Shown here piece after piece: positions 38,569-52,495 of a stretch of DNA of 64,000 nucleotides (positions within the stretch are counted from its first letter, which is position 1; each line of letters starts with the position of its first letter). The position numbers and the translations under genes were made by a program. Below the pieces are notes generated by a model that was not told where the DNA came from, made no database searches, and saw only the letters and a list, made by a program, of their open reading frames with translations. This DNA is from Heptranchias perlo (lineage: Eukaryota). The stretch spans positions 124,001 through 188,000 of the forward strand of contig NW_027139359.1 of assembly GCF_035084215.1 (NCBI RefSeq), written 5' to 3'.

Positions 38569-39426
38569 GTTAGACCACCTTTTACATTATTCACAGACAT
38601 ATGAACAAACAGACTCGCGGCTGTTTCTATTTCTACTTTGATCAGGGAATGAAACATCGTATCGACATTTCCCCATGGCATTAATTTCGAAACTAAATAC
38701 AAGAATAAGAGTTTGATTCTGTTGAGAATAACATGTTTTGAAACCAATAATTTTGTAGCCATGAGGCAGATCACTCGAGGACGGGACCTTTCATAGAGTT
38801 TCTCAAGTCACCAAATTACACCTTTGAAGAATCAAGGGCACTAACTTACATGAGATTAACACGATCTAGATTTTAGATACATATAGAATATATGTTGCTT
38901 TTTGTTTATTTTAAATGAACCATCCTGCTCAGCTTACGTATCAGGAATGTCTCAAGATGCATGAGATCAAAGTACCTCCATAGATACATTCAGGGAGCAA
39001 TACTAGTGTCTTGGGCAGTGCTTGAGGTAAGGCTTTTTGCCCACATGCCGACTCCCTGGCAGCCTATTTATTTTACTCAGGCCAGCTCACAGAACAAATT
39101 GTGCATGGCAGTAAGAAACCATTGAACTGGGGTGAAGAAATTGTATGTAATCAAAAAGGATGCTGCAACTTAAAGGAAAGTAGATGCATCTACGAAGACA
39201 TAAATTGGAAAATCCTTGTTAAAGGCTACATGGGGAAAAATGGTGACTACCAACACAATGTAAATATCGACTATGCGATAGATTGAAAAATGAAGGAGCG
39301 CGACAGAAGCTTGCTGGCTAGTGAGATGAAAGAATTGCTGCACTTAGATGGGTGAGAAGAGGTCTCCCTATTCCCAGGACAACAGTAAAATTTCCAGGGA
39401 GCAGTTCGTGGTCAGGTTGACAAAGT

Positions 39427-39614
39427 GGGGATGAAATTAGTCTTTGATAGTACAGCGTAAAGGACAACGGCGAATCTGCAGCCCATGTTACACTGCACCC
39501 GATTTTCTTTTTCATTGAAATCAATGGGAAAAAAATAGGTCGAGTGCGCTGTAACATGGCTGCCGATTTGCTATCGCTTGTTTTCTCAGACTGCCAATCA
39601 CCAATTTCAGGTCC
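39427..39614. mobile_element. Palindromic MITE
   Basis: tgaaatt / aatttca ends, catgttaca / tgtaacatg arms, central cattgaaatcaatg. Confidence 0.65.
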
Positions 39615-40159
39615 TGTGTGCACCAGTCACAAGTCTTGGGAACAAATGCAGAAGAATGGATGGGATGAATTTTCACTGTTGCCACTGGGCGAAATACGGG
39701 CGGTAGTATGTCCGTCTACCATTTAACACACTGCCCAATTTTCATTTCTATTGACGATTTTCTATTGCCCGTTTTTCATCCAAAGATAAAAGTTAACATT
39801 AACCTGTGTGTGATATTTGGTCCACTGATGGGGTGTAAATCACTGGCTGATCCATGACTGCTAATTTTCTGCCAGTAAATGTGACAATTCACCAATATTT
39901 CTTCTTGGAGTTGCCCATGTACGTCTGTCTAAGACCCCTTTGACAAACGGCATTTGAAGGAAAGGATTTACTATACACCCTTTAAAAAAGACATTTGAAC
40001 ACCTGCAAACACGGTAATGTGGTAAATTGTGTTCTAACAAGTCCTGTTCTCCCCTCAGTGACTCTGATGACATTGGAGAAGTACGAATTTCGGTATCGAA
40101 TGCATTGTGCTGCAGATAGTTAACTAGATTATTAAATAAATCAGCGAGATGGATCATTT

Positions 40160-41130
40160 TGAGTGTAAAGCGTTGTCAGTCTTTCAAAACAAATAGGCTT
40201 TTGGAAACACAAGCTTTTCAATGCAGCAGGGGTAACGTAAGAAAAGGGATATATCAAAGGCTTCGGATAGGGAAAACAATGATAGGTGTGAAAAAGCATT
40301 GGCCCTTTCATTCCCATCTGGTAGTCTTTTCAAAGAACTGGGAATTGTAAAACACCAGATGGTATTGCATTCAGCATATGGGCAAATGGTATAACGAATG
40401 GATTTGAAGCCAATGAAACAATCAAAAATTGGAGACTTCAGGACCATTACGAATGTCTGTGCACAGAAATGAAAGGGGCTATCTCGACATGAAAGGCAAT
40501 GACGGGGAATAGTAAAGGGGCCTTTTACGTTCCATGGTTTGAGCAAATGGTCTTTTCTTCATCAAAAGGGTCTCTGGTCACATGATCAAAGCCTAAACAG
40601 TCAATCATTGAGGTATGTTAATGATTGAGGCATATCAACAGGGAGCGATTGGTCAAAAAATTGACCCTTCCCAATCCTACGTCCTATTGGTAAAAAAAAG
40701 CAATATAAATAGAAAACTTTGAGAGAAGAACATTCTCTTCACCAGCCAGCACTCACAAGGAACGCACACTGCAGTTGGACATCACGCAAGAAGAAGAGGA
40801 ACTCGAGGATTGGAGAGCTGATCAACCTTCAGGCCCGATGAGCAAAAGCCTTGGTTTAAAGGTTGAATATGTATTAATAATTTGCCTGATGTGTTTATGA
40901 ATTATTAAGTCATTACATTTTAACGTTGTGAATTATTAAGTGTATACCGGAATTTTATGGAGGAAAGTTGTTTGTATGGTTTGATTTTGCTTAATGAATG
41001 CTCGTATAAATGATAACATCATTAAATAATTACTGTTGATCAACGAAACTACCGTGAGTGCGGGTGACTTTCTTTGCTTGACTATTCGTCCAAGTGTCCA
41101 AGAATCACAGGAAATAAGGAATTCCCTACA
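40160..41130 (+). mobile_element. Possible solo LTR
   Basis: TG...CA-like ends, several CCAAT/ATTGG boxes followed by TATAAATA near 40704, AT-rich 3' part; no target-site duplication or primer-binding site seen. Confidence 0.3.
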
Positions 41131-41485
41131 TAATACCATTTGCCGAGTCAATGACCACATATGGAGACTGCATAATGTTACCAGGCAATCTGTTGCACGC
41201 TTAGTGCTGGCCCATTACGAGTTCTCACACAGCCTTGACGCTATGTGATTACTCACCATGCATTGCCGTAGAGCACATATCACAGTTAGAACTGACGGTG
41301 TAAAACGTTTTCCCAATTATATCCTCATTGGAATTCGTGTGTTGTAACACAATACAATGTAACACAACGCAATGCAACACAACCTAGCTTCATGATGCAG
41401 GTCGCTTTATGAAATCCATGGTGGTCTCCAGTTTTGGCACGTCTTGGGACTGTTTATCTGCTCCGTAAACTTGCAAGACGGGAAA

Positions 41486-41613
41486 CTTGATGAAAGGTCA
41501 TCAAGCTGAAAAGTTAACTTTGTTTCTCTCTCCACATTTGCTGCCTGGCGTGCTGAGTGTTCCATCATTTCATGTTTTAACTTCAGATTTTCAGCATCCA
41601 ATGTATTTTGCTT
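41486..41613 (+). mobile_element. Penelope-like element terminal fragment with a decayed hammerhead-ribozyme core
   Basis: cttgatgaaaggtcatcaagctgaaaagttaactttgtttctctctccac...gctgcctgg..tgctgagt resembles the CTGATGA...GAAAC terminal motif of vertebrate Penelope-like elements. Confidence 0.6.
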
Positions 41614-41772
41614 GTGTTGAAGATAGGAAGACTGCTCCGTTTACAAAACATGTCATCTAATTCTGGGGAACAGGCTCAAACTTTCGGAAAGCTCAGAAAT
41701 AAAAAGTCCTTGACTCCTTTGAGAATTCTGATGTACAACCGCACAACTAACACTAAGAGCATACACATATTC

Positions 41773-41946
41773 ATTTTAACCTAACCTGCCTCGATGCGAA
41801 TGGGGCGACATCGGATCGGACGCTCGATTTACACCCTGTCCAATTTTATGCTCCATTCACTTTAGTGGCGTGGAAAATCGAACGACGTGTAAATCGGGCA
41901 TCCGACTCGAACCGAGACGTTCGCACCAGGTGTGTTAGGTTAAAAT
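41773..41946. mobile_element. Palindromic MITE
   Basis: Perfect 13-bp IR attttaacctaac / gttaggttaaaat and 10-bp inner IR cgatttacac / gtgtaaatcg. Confidence 0.8.
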
Positions 41947-41959
41947 TGTGGCTGTAAAC

Positions 41960-42130
41960 ATCAGGTTCCAAAAGTATGTTGATGACATCCAGATCTGCCT
42001 CTCTGCCACCTCTCCCGATCTCTTCAATGCCTCGGTGTTGTCAGACTGTTTGCATCCTAGAGGAGGCATAGTTTCCTGCAAGTAAACATTGGAAAGACTG
42101 GGGACATCCTCAACAGTCCTTGTTACAAAC
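41960..42130 (+). mobile_element. L2 RT fragment
   Basis: YVDDIQICLS, a degenerate YADDTQLYLS motif. Confidence 0.5.
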
Positions 42131-43044
42131 TCCTCATTCATTGCGTTTTTAATATATATTACATTCTTCAAGAAAAGAATAAAGAATTCTGGGTATACAT
42201 GATGACGACTGTCAAAGCATCTTAAGTACTCACAAACATGGACTCATCAATATCACCAAGGAATTCTATGGACGATAACAGACTTAGCGAGCTGTATTAC
42301 AAAGTTCTTAAGGTTGACATATCAGCCATTGCTCACATAAACACATTGCCTGGGAATATTTGTGCAGAATCGAAGAAAGCCGATGCAATCAAATTAAATA
42401 CCACTTGCATTAATTGAAGGAAAAATAAATCCTGAAGTTGGAAGCCGCGTTAGGAATTTGTTGGTTTTGGTTCCTTCAGCATTTGCCCGATACATTATTA
42501 TGTATTCACAAAACAATTTTATACGCTGTTATCACAGCATTTCGATGTAAACATAAACTTACGTTCCCTTTTAATCAATTAAAATGCCTAATTATAACCT
42601 GGTCTAATGTTGGGTTTCCAGCCAGTTCTCATAGTTTGCCTAGTATTCCAGTTGCACGGCAGTCTAATCTACTTCAATTTCTTGGGTAGGACCTGTCCCC
42701 AATTGTTTCGATTTAGATTCAGAAGGCCACATTTTTACAACTCTCTCCTTTCTTCCCTCTCTCATACCATCTCAATAAAGTTAACACTAATGGATTGCCT
42801 GTCCCATTTCTCGCAGTAAGTTGGATAACTTATTAATTACAATGATACGAACATTTAACAATGTAATGCACAATGTTTTCTTTTGTAACAGGAAAGTGCT
42901 TACATTTTGAGAGGATTCTAGTTGAGTGTAAAAGATTGTCTTAAGCAAAACTGTGTGCTTCTAAGGTGGAGCTGTGTTTCATCTATCCTGTCCTATTAAG
43001 GTTAAAGTCTAACTCGGATAGAGCAGAAATCTGGTCTTCGAACT

Positions 43045-44260
43045 CTCAACAACAACTTGGATTTATAAAACGTCCCAAGGCGCTTCACAACAGCGTAAAC
43101 AGACAAATATTGATACCGAGACAAAGAAGGTGAAATTGGAGACGTGACTAAAACCTTGTTCAAAGAGATAGGTTTTCACCAGAGTATTAAAGGAGGAGAG
43201 AGAGGTGGAGACGCGATGAGGTTTTGGGAGGGAATTCCCGAGCTTAGGGCCCAGGCAGCTAAAGGCAGAACCGCAAATGGTTGGGGCAAAGTAAGTGGGG
43301 GATGCACAAGAGTCCAGAATTGGAGGAATGCCGAGTTCTAGAAGGGCTATCGGGCTGGAGGAGGTTACAGAGATAGGGATGGACGAGGTTATGGACGGAT
43401 TTGAAAATGGAGAAAGTAAATTGTAAAATCAAGGCTTTTGTGGACCCGGAGCCAGTGTCGGTCAGAGAGCACAGGGGTGATGGGGGAACGTGACTTGGTG
43501 CAAGTTAGGACATCGGTAACAGAGGTATGGATTAGCTAAAGTTTCCGGAGGGTGCAAGGTGGTGGTCGACCAGGAGATCAATGGAATAGTCGAGTACGGA
43601 GGTATCAAAAGCATGAATTAATGATTTGCAGGAGATGGGCTGAGGCAAGGGCGGAGATGGGCATCATTATGGAGATGGAAGTAAGTGGCCTTTGTAATGG
43701 AAAGGATTGAGGGTGAGAAACTCAGCTCCGAGTCTAATTCGACGATAGATGTGGCGAATAGCCCTATTTGGTCTGAGACTGTGGCCAAGAAGGGGGTGCA
43801 ATTGATGGCTACGGACCGGAATTTGTCACGGGGGCCGACGACAATGGCTTTAGACTTCCCAATGTTTAATTAGAGTAAATATCTACTCATCTAGGAGTGG
43901 ATGTCAGACAAGCACACTGACAACACAGAGGCAGTGAAAGGATAGAGAGAATGAGTGGTGAGCGAGAGCTCAGTATCGCGAGCATACATGTGGAACCCGA
44001 CGTTGTGTCTTTGGATGACGTCACTGAGGGGCAGCATGTGGATGATAAATGGGAGGCTTCCAATGATTGATCCTTTGTGGACTCCAGTGGTAATAGTGCA
44101 GGGGCGAGAAGCGAAGCAATTGTTGGAGATCCTCTGTCTACGACTGGATAGGTGATATTAGAACCTCAGTGTGACTGATAGCAGTCACACTGGGCTGGGC
44201 AACAGGTGAGAGGCTTTGGAACAATTCGGTTTGGTCAACCTTGACAAAGGCTGCTGGAAA
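43045..44260 (-). mobile_element. L2-type LINE 3' portion, degraded
   Basis: (caa)n tail then aaaacgtcccaaggcgcttcaca; gcatacatgtggaaccc (reverse of a GFHMYA RT motif) at ~43982. Confidence 0.75.
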
Positions 44261-44379
44261 GCATCGTGCACAAACATCGAGAGAAAGTGTTCACCTCAGG
44301 GTACTCAACCATTCCCTGTGGGAATGATGCTCTCGAAAGAGGATGAGGATAAAGTACCAAAGATATGAGGAAAATTAAA

Positions 44380-45660
44380 AATCAATCAAGTGGAGCAACG
44401 TACTAGATTTAATATCAGTAAAAAGAGTAATGGCAAAAATAATGAGATTGAAGATAAACAAATCCTTAACACCTGATGGTTTCCACCCCAGAGTAATAAA
44501 AAGCGTAGGAGATGAATTTGTAGATGCGTCAGTCATGATCTTCCAAAATCCTACTGATTCAGGATTTGTACCCTTGGAATTGGAGACAACCTTTTGACAT
44601 GGGGAGGGAATTGATTCGGTGGTAGTAGACAGAGAGTAGGGATGATGGGTATGCACTCCAATTGGTGGGGTGTGAATAGTGGTGTTCCCCAGGAATCTTT
44701 AATGGGGACGAAGCTTTTCACTATATTTATAAATAACTTGGATGAAAGAATAGAGAGCCGTATACCAAGTGTGCTGACGACACTAAGTTAAGTAGCACAG
44801 TAAGTATTGTAGATGGGAGCAGAAAGTTGCAAAGCGACACTAACAAATTCAGTGATTGGGCAAAACTGTGGCAGATGCAGTTGAACGTTGGAAAACATTA
44901 TTCATTTTGGACCTAAGAGAGATAGATTAGAATAAGTTCTAAATGGTGAGAAGTTAGCAACTGTGGAGCAGCAGAGAGATTTTGAGGTTCATGCACAAAA
45001 ATCACTAAAAATTAGTAGACAGGTACAAAAAGATAATTTAAAACGCTAATGAAATATTAGCCTTCATCTCAACGGGGCTGGAATACAAAGGATGGAGGTT
45101 GTGCTACCGATGTGTAACGACCTGTTTAGACCGCATCTGGAGCATTGTGTTCAGTTGTGGAAACTGCACCTCAGGAGGGGTATTTTGTTGTTTGAGGGGG
45201 TGCAGCGCAGGTTCACCAAAATGATAACGGAGCTAAAAAGGTAATATTATGAGGGAAGGTTCCATAGACCAGGTTCGTATTCACCCGAATATAGAAGATT
45301 AAAGGGTGATAAAATTGAAGTGTTACGATATTTGAAAGATTCGATAGGGTAGATGGAGATAAATTACTTGCACTGGTGGGCAGTACACGGCGAGAGGACA
45401 TAACCTTAAATGTGGAGCTAGGCTGTTCGGAGCTGGTGTCAGGAAACATTTCTTCACACAAAGGGCCGTGAGATTCCAGACACTGTTAAGGTCAGGTCAA
45501 TTGAATTTCAAAACTGAGATTGATAGACTTTTGTTTGTCAAAGGTTTAAGTGTTAAGGAGCCGAGGCAGGTAAATGGACTTAATATTCAGATAATCTAAT
45601 TGAATGGCGGAACAGTTTCAAGGGGATGGAATGGCTTACTCATGTCCCTATGTTTATGTT
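44380..45660 (+). mobile_element. Degraded CR1 ORF2 + 3' UTR with an internal deletion
   Basis: PDGFHPRV, GVPQES, ADDTK, RPHLEHCVQLW motifs; tail cctatgtttatgttcct. Confidence 0.85.
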
Positions 45661-45889
45661 CCTTTTGGGGTTGGAGAAGAATCTCAAGTTTTTTCCACCC
45701 AAACGGCATGCGTTTTTTTCACTTTTAAATGACTCTCCCACGTTCTTGTATCGCAGGTGGTTTGCATGGTGAATGTGGGGTTGGAGATGGAGTTGGCAAA
45801 GTGTGGAAGGTACACGATGGCATTGTGGGATAGTTTTGATGGATGAGCTAATCTTTCCTGCCGTATTCATTTTCATATTGCAATATGAG

Positions 45890-48800
45890 CTTTCAGCACA
45901 GAGCGTGGTAAGAGTTGGGTGAATGTATTAAACGGAGTGACTCGATAAACAGAGTGACGAGGGGAATTTGGCGAAAGTGGGTATTAGGTGCAGAGGCGGA
46001 AGGAAGTGCAAAGTAAGTTAAACCGAGGGGCAACGGTAAATAATCAATACATAAATAAACAATCAGTGTCATTAATTAGATCTAAAGAGGTCAAATTAAA
46101 AATAAATAAATAAAGGCTACCAACATTAAATGGTTCTGAATTGTGTTAAATAAAAATATGGTATATATAAAAAATTAATAGGATTTAAGCCGATACCAAA
46201 TAAAGAAGTTAATATACAAAATAACAAGACTGATTAGTCACAAATTATTTTAAAATTAGGGTAAATCCCTTTACTAAATATAATCTAGAATTGAAGTAAT
46301 TTTATTATATCCAGAATTAAATCACTACTAATAATAAATAAATAAATAAATAATTAAGCACTGGGAATGGCAGAGGAGGCTTTGTGTTGGTACTGTGCTA
46401 TGTGGGAGTTTGTGGACAGTGAGACCGTCCTGGATTTCCATACCTGCAGGAAATGTGAGACACTCCAGCTCAGAGTCCTTGTGCCAGAGTGCGAGTTATA
46501 GGCACTCTGACATGTAAGAGAGAGAGGGAGGAATTTTTGGATAGTTTACTCCAGGTTACAGTTACACCTCAGGGGAAAGCGCAGGTGTAGGAAAGGGAGA
46601 GTGTGATTGTTAGTCAGCAATGTAATGGAAGTCAAGGGGAGGTAGAGAAGGAAATCCCACAAAAACCTGTCCTATCCAAACGGTACAATGTTTATTATAT
46701 CCAGAATTAAATTACTACTAATAATAAATAAATAAATAAAACTAACTATCTGTCAGGATAATGTTGCACGCTGCGGGGTGGACAGCAGAATGCTGAGAAT
46801 GGCATCGTGGAACAGGAAGCAGTCCAAGGGGGGAGGAACAGAATAGAAAGTTTGTAGTCATTGGGCAGTCAATAATTAAGGAATAGAAAGCGTCCTCTAC
46901 AGTAACGATCGAATGTCATGGAGGACGTGTTAACCAGTTGGTGCAAGGGTTCAGGGTATCTCGGAGAAACTGGAGAGGAACATGGAAAGTGAGTGGGAAG
47001 AACCAGTTGTCGTGGTCCATGTTGGGACCAATAATTTAGGGAAGTAAATGGAAAAGGTCCGGCTAAGAGAGTGTCGGAAATTAGGAATTAATTTGAAAAC
47101 AGGACCTAACGGGTGGTAATTTAGTGATTACTACCCGACCCACGAGCTAATTGTCTTAGGGATAGACAGCTCAGAAAGGTGAATGCGTTGCTGAAAGACT
47201 GGTGTGGGAAGGAGGGGTTCTTTTAATAGGACACTGGCGATAGTAATGGGGCAGGATGGAGCCATACTGCTGGGATGCACTCCACCTGAACCGGAATGGG
47301 ACCAGTGTCCTCGCAGAAAGGATAAATAGTGCTGTGGATAGGACATTAGTCTACTAAGAAGGGGTGGGGTGGGGGGGATCTGGTGAAAATAACATAAGTC
47401 TGAAGATAAAAGAAATAGGAGATGAGAGTAAAGGTCAGACCAAGGTAAGGTATAAGATTAATATAAACGGTCAAGGTACAAATGCAGTTATAGAACGTAA
47501 GTACAAAATGATTGATAAAAATAAAGTGAGGGCAACAGTACTTAAAAACAAAGTACATTGCTTGTACAGCATTCCGAAACAAAAGGGGGGAACTGCAGAC
47601 AATAATTCTTAGCGAGGACCTGGTGTAATGAAGATAACTAAGGCATGGCTACACAAAGAACAGGATTGGCAGTTAATAATTGCGGGACATAATGTATTTA
47701 GACAAAATAAAAATCAGGAAAGGGATAGGGCCACTAGGGGATGCACAACATAAACTCACAGATAACGACAGCGAAATGGCAGAAATATTGAATAGTTGCT
47801 TTGCCTCTGTATTTAACAGGGAGACTTACAAGGTAGGCATGATATAAGAAGGAAAGATTAAAAAGATATAAAGATATTTTAGAAAGGTGGGACAAAACTG
47901 ATAATCTATTCAATCTTAGAGAGGATTAAAACCTCTGATCAGGATGAATTGCATCCGCACATATTAAAAGAAGTTAGGGAAGAGTTAGCAGAGGCACTTG
48001 AACATATATATGAAAATAAATCAGAAAAGGGCATAGTGCCAAAGGACTGGTGGACAGCTAATATTATTGCTATAACTACAAAGGGAAATAGAACAAATCC
48101 AGGGAACTACAGACCAGTTAGCTTAACATCAGTGGTAGGAAAGATACTGGAACCTTTACTGAAAGATTTAATAGATAAACATTTAGGAAACGAAAATATA
48201 ATAAAGATTAGTCAGCACGGATTTCCAAAGGGAAAGTCGTGCTTTACCAATCTTATTGAATTCTTTGAAGAAGCAACAGAAAGAGTAGATATGGGCAATT
48301 CAGTAGATGTGATGTATTTGGTTTTTCAAATGGCCTTCGGTAAGGAACCTCATTGCAGATGTACTGCATGTGGAGTCAGGGGACAGGTATCAGAATGGAT
48401 AGCGTTGGGAACATAACAGGAAACAGAGAGTAGGGGTTAAGTGTAGCTACCCAGACTGGCAAAATATGGTAATTGGTATTCCTCAGGAATCGGTGCTGAG
48501 GCCGCTGTTGTTCACAATTTACATTAACAGATTGGACTCGGGAATCGGAAGTACAATTTCAAAATTAGCATACAACAACAAATTGGAGGGTATAGTTAAT
48601 ACAACGGGAGGTTGCGTCAAAATGCAAGAAGACATTGATAAACTTACAGAATGGGCGTGTGATTGGCAACTGAATTTCAATACAGGTAAGTGTGAGGTGG
48701 TGCATTTTGGTAGGAAGTATAAGGAGGCCACATATTGCTTGGATAATAAGAGTCTTCATGGGGCAGAGGAGCAAAGGGATCTCAGGTTAGAGGTGCACAC

Positions 48801-49470
48801 ATCACTAAAAGCAACGACGCAGGTTAAAAAGGCCATAAAAAAGTCAAACCTAGCACTGGGATTTATTTCTAGGGGGATAGATTTGAAAAGCAGAGAATAT
48901 ATGTTAAATTTGTATGGAACCTTAGTTAGAGCACACTTGGAGTACTGTGCACAGTTCTGGTCTTCATATTATGAAAAGGATATAGAGCCACTGGTGAAGG
49001 TGCAAACAAGATTCACAAGGATAATACCAGACCTGATGGGATACCCTTATTGGAAAAAGATGAACAGGCTCTTTTCTCTAGAAAAGAAAAAGGTGAGGGA
49101 TGACCTGATCGAGGTCTTTAAGGTAATGAAGGGGTTTGATCGGGAAGATGTAGAGAAAATGTTTCCTCTTGTGGGTGAGTCCAGAATCAGAGGTCACAAT
49201 TAAAATATCGTCGCCAATACATCCAATAGGCAATTCAGGAGAAACTTCTTTACCCAAAGAGTGATACAGATGTGGAATGCGCAACCATAAGGAGTAGATG
49301 AGGCAAATAGCACAGATGCATTTAAAGGGAAGCTTGATAAGCACACGCGAGACAAAGGAATAGAAGGGTATGCTGATCGGGGGAGGTGAAATAGGGAGGG
49401 AGGAGGCTCGACTGGAGCATAAACACCAGCATAGACCAGTTGGGCCAAATGGCCTGTTTCTGTGCTGTAG
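45890..49470 (+). mobile_element. Near full-length CR1 (5' UTR, zinc-finger + esterase ORF1, partly deleted ORF2)
   Basis: ORF1 from ~46367 MAEEALCWYCAMWEF...HTCRKC, VVVHVGTNNLG, LHLNRNG; ORF2 NPGNYRPVSLTS, SQHGFPKGKSC, RAHLEYCAQFW; 3' UTR to ~49470. Confidence 0.9.
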
Positions 49471-51020
49471 ACTCGAAGTAACTCGATGTATTTTCGACAC
49501 CTTATAGAGGTTGCAGTTTTCTGCACCCCATTTTATCAAAGATGTAGGAGCTATGGAAGAGCTGATGGTCACAATTCTCGAGACTTTATGACGGATATTC
49601 ATTTTGGATCAAGTTCACCAGTCACTCCCCAATGACGAGGCAAAATATTTTCTGCCCAATATCGAGATAAACTTTTGCATGGCACAGATTCAGATGACAA
49701 TCTAATTTATTTTACATATAATAATCTTTGAACAATGTACAGATTTCCAGTGAGAACCGTCAGTTTCCCTATTTCCACAATTATGAAAAAATAATTTCAA
49801 ATTGCTAAGTCACTAAATATAGACGTACGTCTCCAGCTAAGCTTTTGAAATCCAAACTTGTTCAAAGTTAAAACATGGGAACCTTGTTGCTGCTTCTGTG
49901 AAAGCACAGATCACTCATGCTTGAGAGAGACAGAGAGAGAGAAAGCCACTTGTGCACTGTCCTTTCAAGTGAATAAAATGGGGCCTTAATCCACCAATCT
50001 TTCAATCACAGTCATTACCCCGAAGGAGAACACCTCCCCGTTGTTGATTGTGTAAGATGCTTTCCAATATCTGCTTCAACCAAGACCCAGCCCACACTGT
50101 GACCAGAATGGAGCAATAGCTGGCCCCTCTGCAATACCTGAGCGTTAGAAATTCGTCTTGACGGTAGCGCAAAATAGTTGTTATCACTTCGGCAGCCCTT
50201 TGTACGCCCGGCCCCAAATTCAGTCTGTTAACCTCAATGTAACCCCTTTGTGCGACCACCAAAGGTGGATTTTCATCCCAAAGTCTCTGGAGTTAGCAAA
50301 CGTCTGCCACATAAAATCCCAACACTAACTCTGTACTGTCAAGCTCTAGAAATGTCCTTCCATTGCTCCAAAATCCAGCACCTTCTCATGGTCAGCTGGA
50401 CACCATGAAAATGATGAAGTTAATGTAAAGTAAAATTGGGTGAGGTATGTAATGGGCAACCAATCTGCTACCGCCTGTTTTGCGCCTCCGTCAGTGTTGA
50501 ATTTGACTCCCATAATAGTGCCTACCATCTTCTCGTGTCCTGGGCTTTAGAAAAGAAACATTGACCTATTGGGGATGTCGATCATGAACTATTGCAAACT
50601 CTTTTGTCACCAACACAGAAAACACAGAGTTTTCACGTTTCCTCGGAAAACGGGCGGTAACGAATTGGCCATCTGTTTTACACCCCTTCTGATTTTCATT
50701 TCCATTGGCTTAATGGAGTGCAGAATCAGACGGGCTTTAAAATGGGAGTCCTGCCCAACCAGTCCTGCCTCACGGTTTATGTTTACATGGCGGCTCATAA
50801 ATCGCCTTGGATTATTTTAATCCTTTGCATTGTCTGATTTTCTTTTCCATAGATGGTCCATGGAAAGTAAAATAACATGGAGTGTAAAAGTGGCGCACAA
50901 TCTGAACACAACATTATCTAGAAACTGTGTTATGTGACATTTTTTCCCTGAAAGAACATATCCTCCAAATAATTCTGAGGTTTAACACTTGGATGTAGCT
51001 TTTCTGTATTAAAGTAATAT

Positions 51021-51205
51021 GGATTAGATATTCGTTCTGGATAGAAGCGCAAAATGGACGGTATTGCGTGGGCCGCCAGTTTTATGTCCCACCCGATATT
51101 CAGATCCTTTGAAATCAATGGATCTGAGTATTGTGTGGGGCGTATAACGGGCGGCTGGTATGATACCGCCAGTTTTGCGCTACCGCCAAGTCGAATTTCG
51201 ACCCC
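51021..51205. mobile_element. Palindromic MITE (related copies at ~50620-50820 and ~51330-51470)
   Basis: agcgcaaaa / ttttgcgct arms; central cagatcctttgaaatcaatggatctg. Confidence 0.7.
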
Positions 51206-51522
51206 AATGCAAAGATTGGGAAAGAATACCTGACTTCAAAATTTAGCCAAATACCTCGTAACCTCTAACCCACTTCACCTCGACAAAATAAGTCCTAATT
51301 CTGTGTATGCAACACAACAGGAATAGTAGATATAGAAGTTCATCTTGGATGGTAGCACAAAATAGGTTCTATCAGATCGGCCGCCTGTTATACGGGCAAT
51401 GGGACTGAATATTGGGCAGCGAGTAGAACACACGGCCGTTGCGCTATTGAACAAGGCGAATTTCTACCCCATAATTTACTGGACGGAGTTGCATTGAGGT
51501 CAGTTTAATTAGAATCAACAAT

Positions 51523-52390
51523 TTAGTATTTAATTAATTTTACAATTAGAGACAGGAGTACTGAATCATACTCGTCAGTTCCTCTCTGAATTTTAATCAG
51601 AGCCATTGTACAGATCATCGTGATTGTGCAGGATCTGAAAAGCTGATGAATATATCCGGTTTGTTCCATGATGGTAAAAGGGTCAATGTAATTTTTGTGG
51701 AAAATGGGAGTATCTATAATGTGTATATATATGTAATGTATAAACATTACCATCTACAACAGTATGAAAGTACCGGATATGGCCAGCGGTAGCGTTATGA
51801 ATTTCTCAGCCTCTGCGTCCTTATGATTGTCGCCATTGTTGATACCCCGCAGTCCCCTTGTGATTCTGCTGGTCAGGAGTATGTGCCTGATGGTCACAAC
51901 GTTGAACAGCAAAATTAAAACAAATGGAGCAAATGAGGTTAAAATACTTCCTAACCACAAAAAAGCGACCCACCCCTGTGTGGTGTCGAAGCTTGAAGTT
52001 ATGTAGTAGGGCCACGGCACCTTGACAATTAATTCCTGAGGTGCTTATATAAAATATTCCAGAATAATTTCTGCAAAACTCAGTCCACACGCGATTCCTA
52101 TAACCAAAGCCGCAGTATTTACATTACAACATTTTGTTGTCAATTTCTGGCAACAAATGGCCACAAAACGATTAAATGTGAAAGAATAGTTAACCAGACT
52201 GCAAGAGCAAGAGGAAGAATGAGACTGCAGACAGGAGTGTAGTTCGGGAATGAATTGGGAAAATAGGCATCGTTAATCTCATACTGGATTACATTAAACA
52301 TCCGATACCGTGGCCAACAGGTAACGGGTGATGCAGTTAGAGAGGCTGTCCTTTCCACAACAAAGAATGCAATTGTCAAAAAAAAAATAG
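51523..52390 (-). pseudogene. GPR139-related GPCR copy 4, decayed main exon
   Basis: Acceptor ttttttgcag|; fragments CITRYL, YFPNSFPNYTPVCSLIL, SILTSFAPFVLILLFN, DPFTIMEQTGY in different frames; several frameshifts and deletions. Confidence 0.9.
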
Positions 52391-52495
52391 CTGCAAAAAA
52401 GGGGGAAAGTCAAATTAGTAATTACATACATAAAGAAAAAAATGATAAGTTTGAGAATATTTTCCATTTTCTTTGCTCTGTTGATCAAAACATTT

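Noticed and set aside
48466-49203. 245-aa RT ORF as an active retrotransposon
   Set aside because: The catalytic FADD motif is mutated (LAYNNK) and upstream ORF2 is broken and partly deleted.
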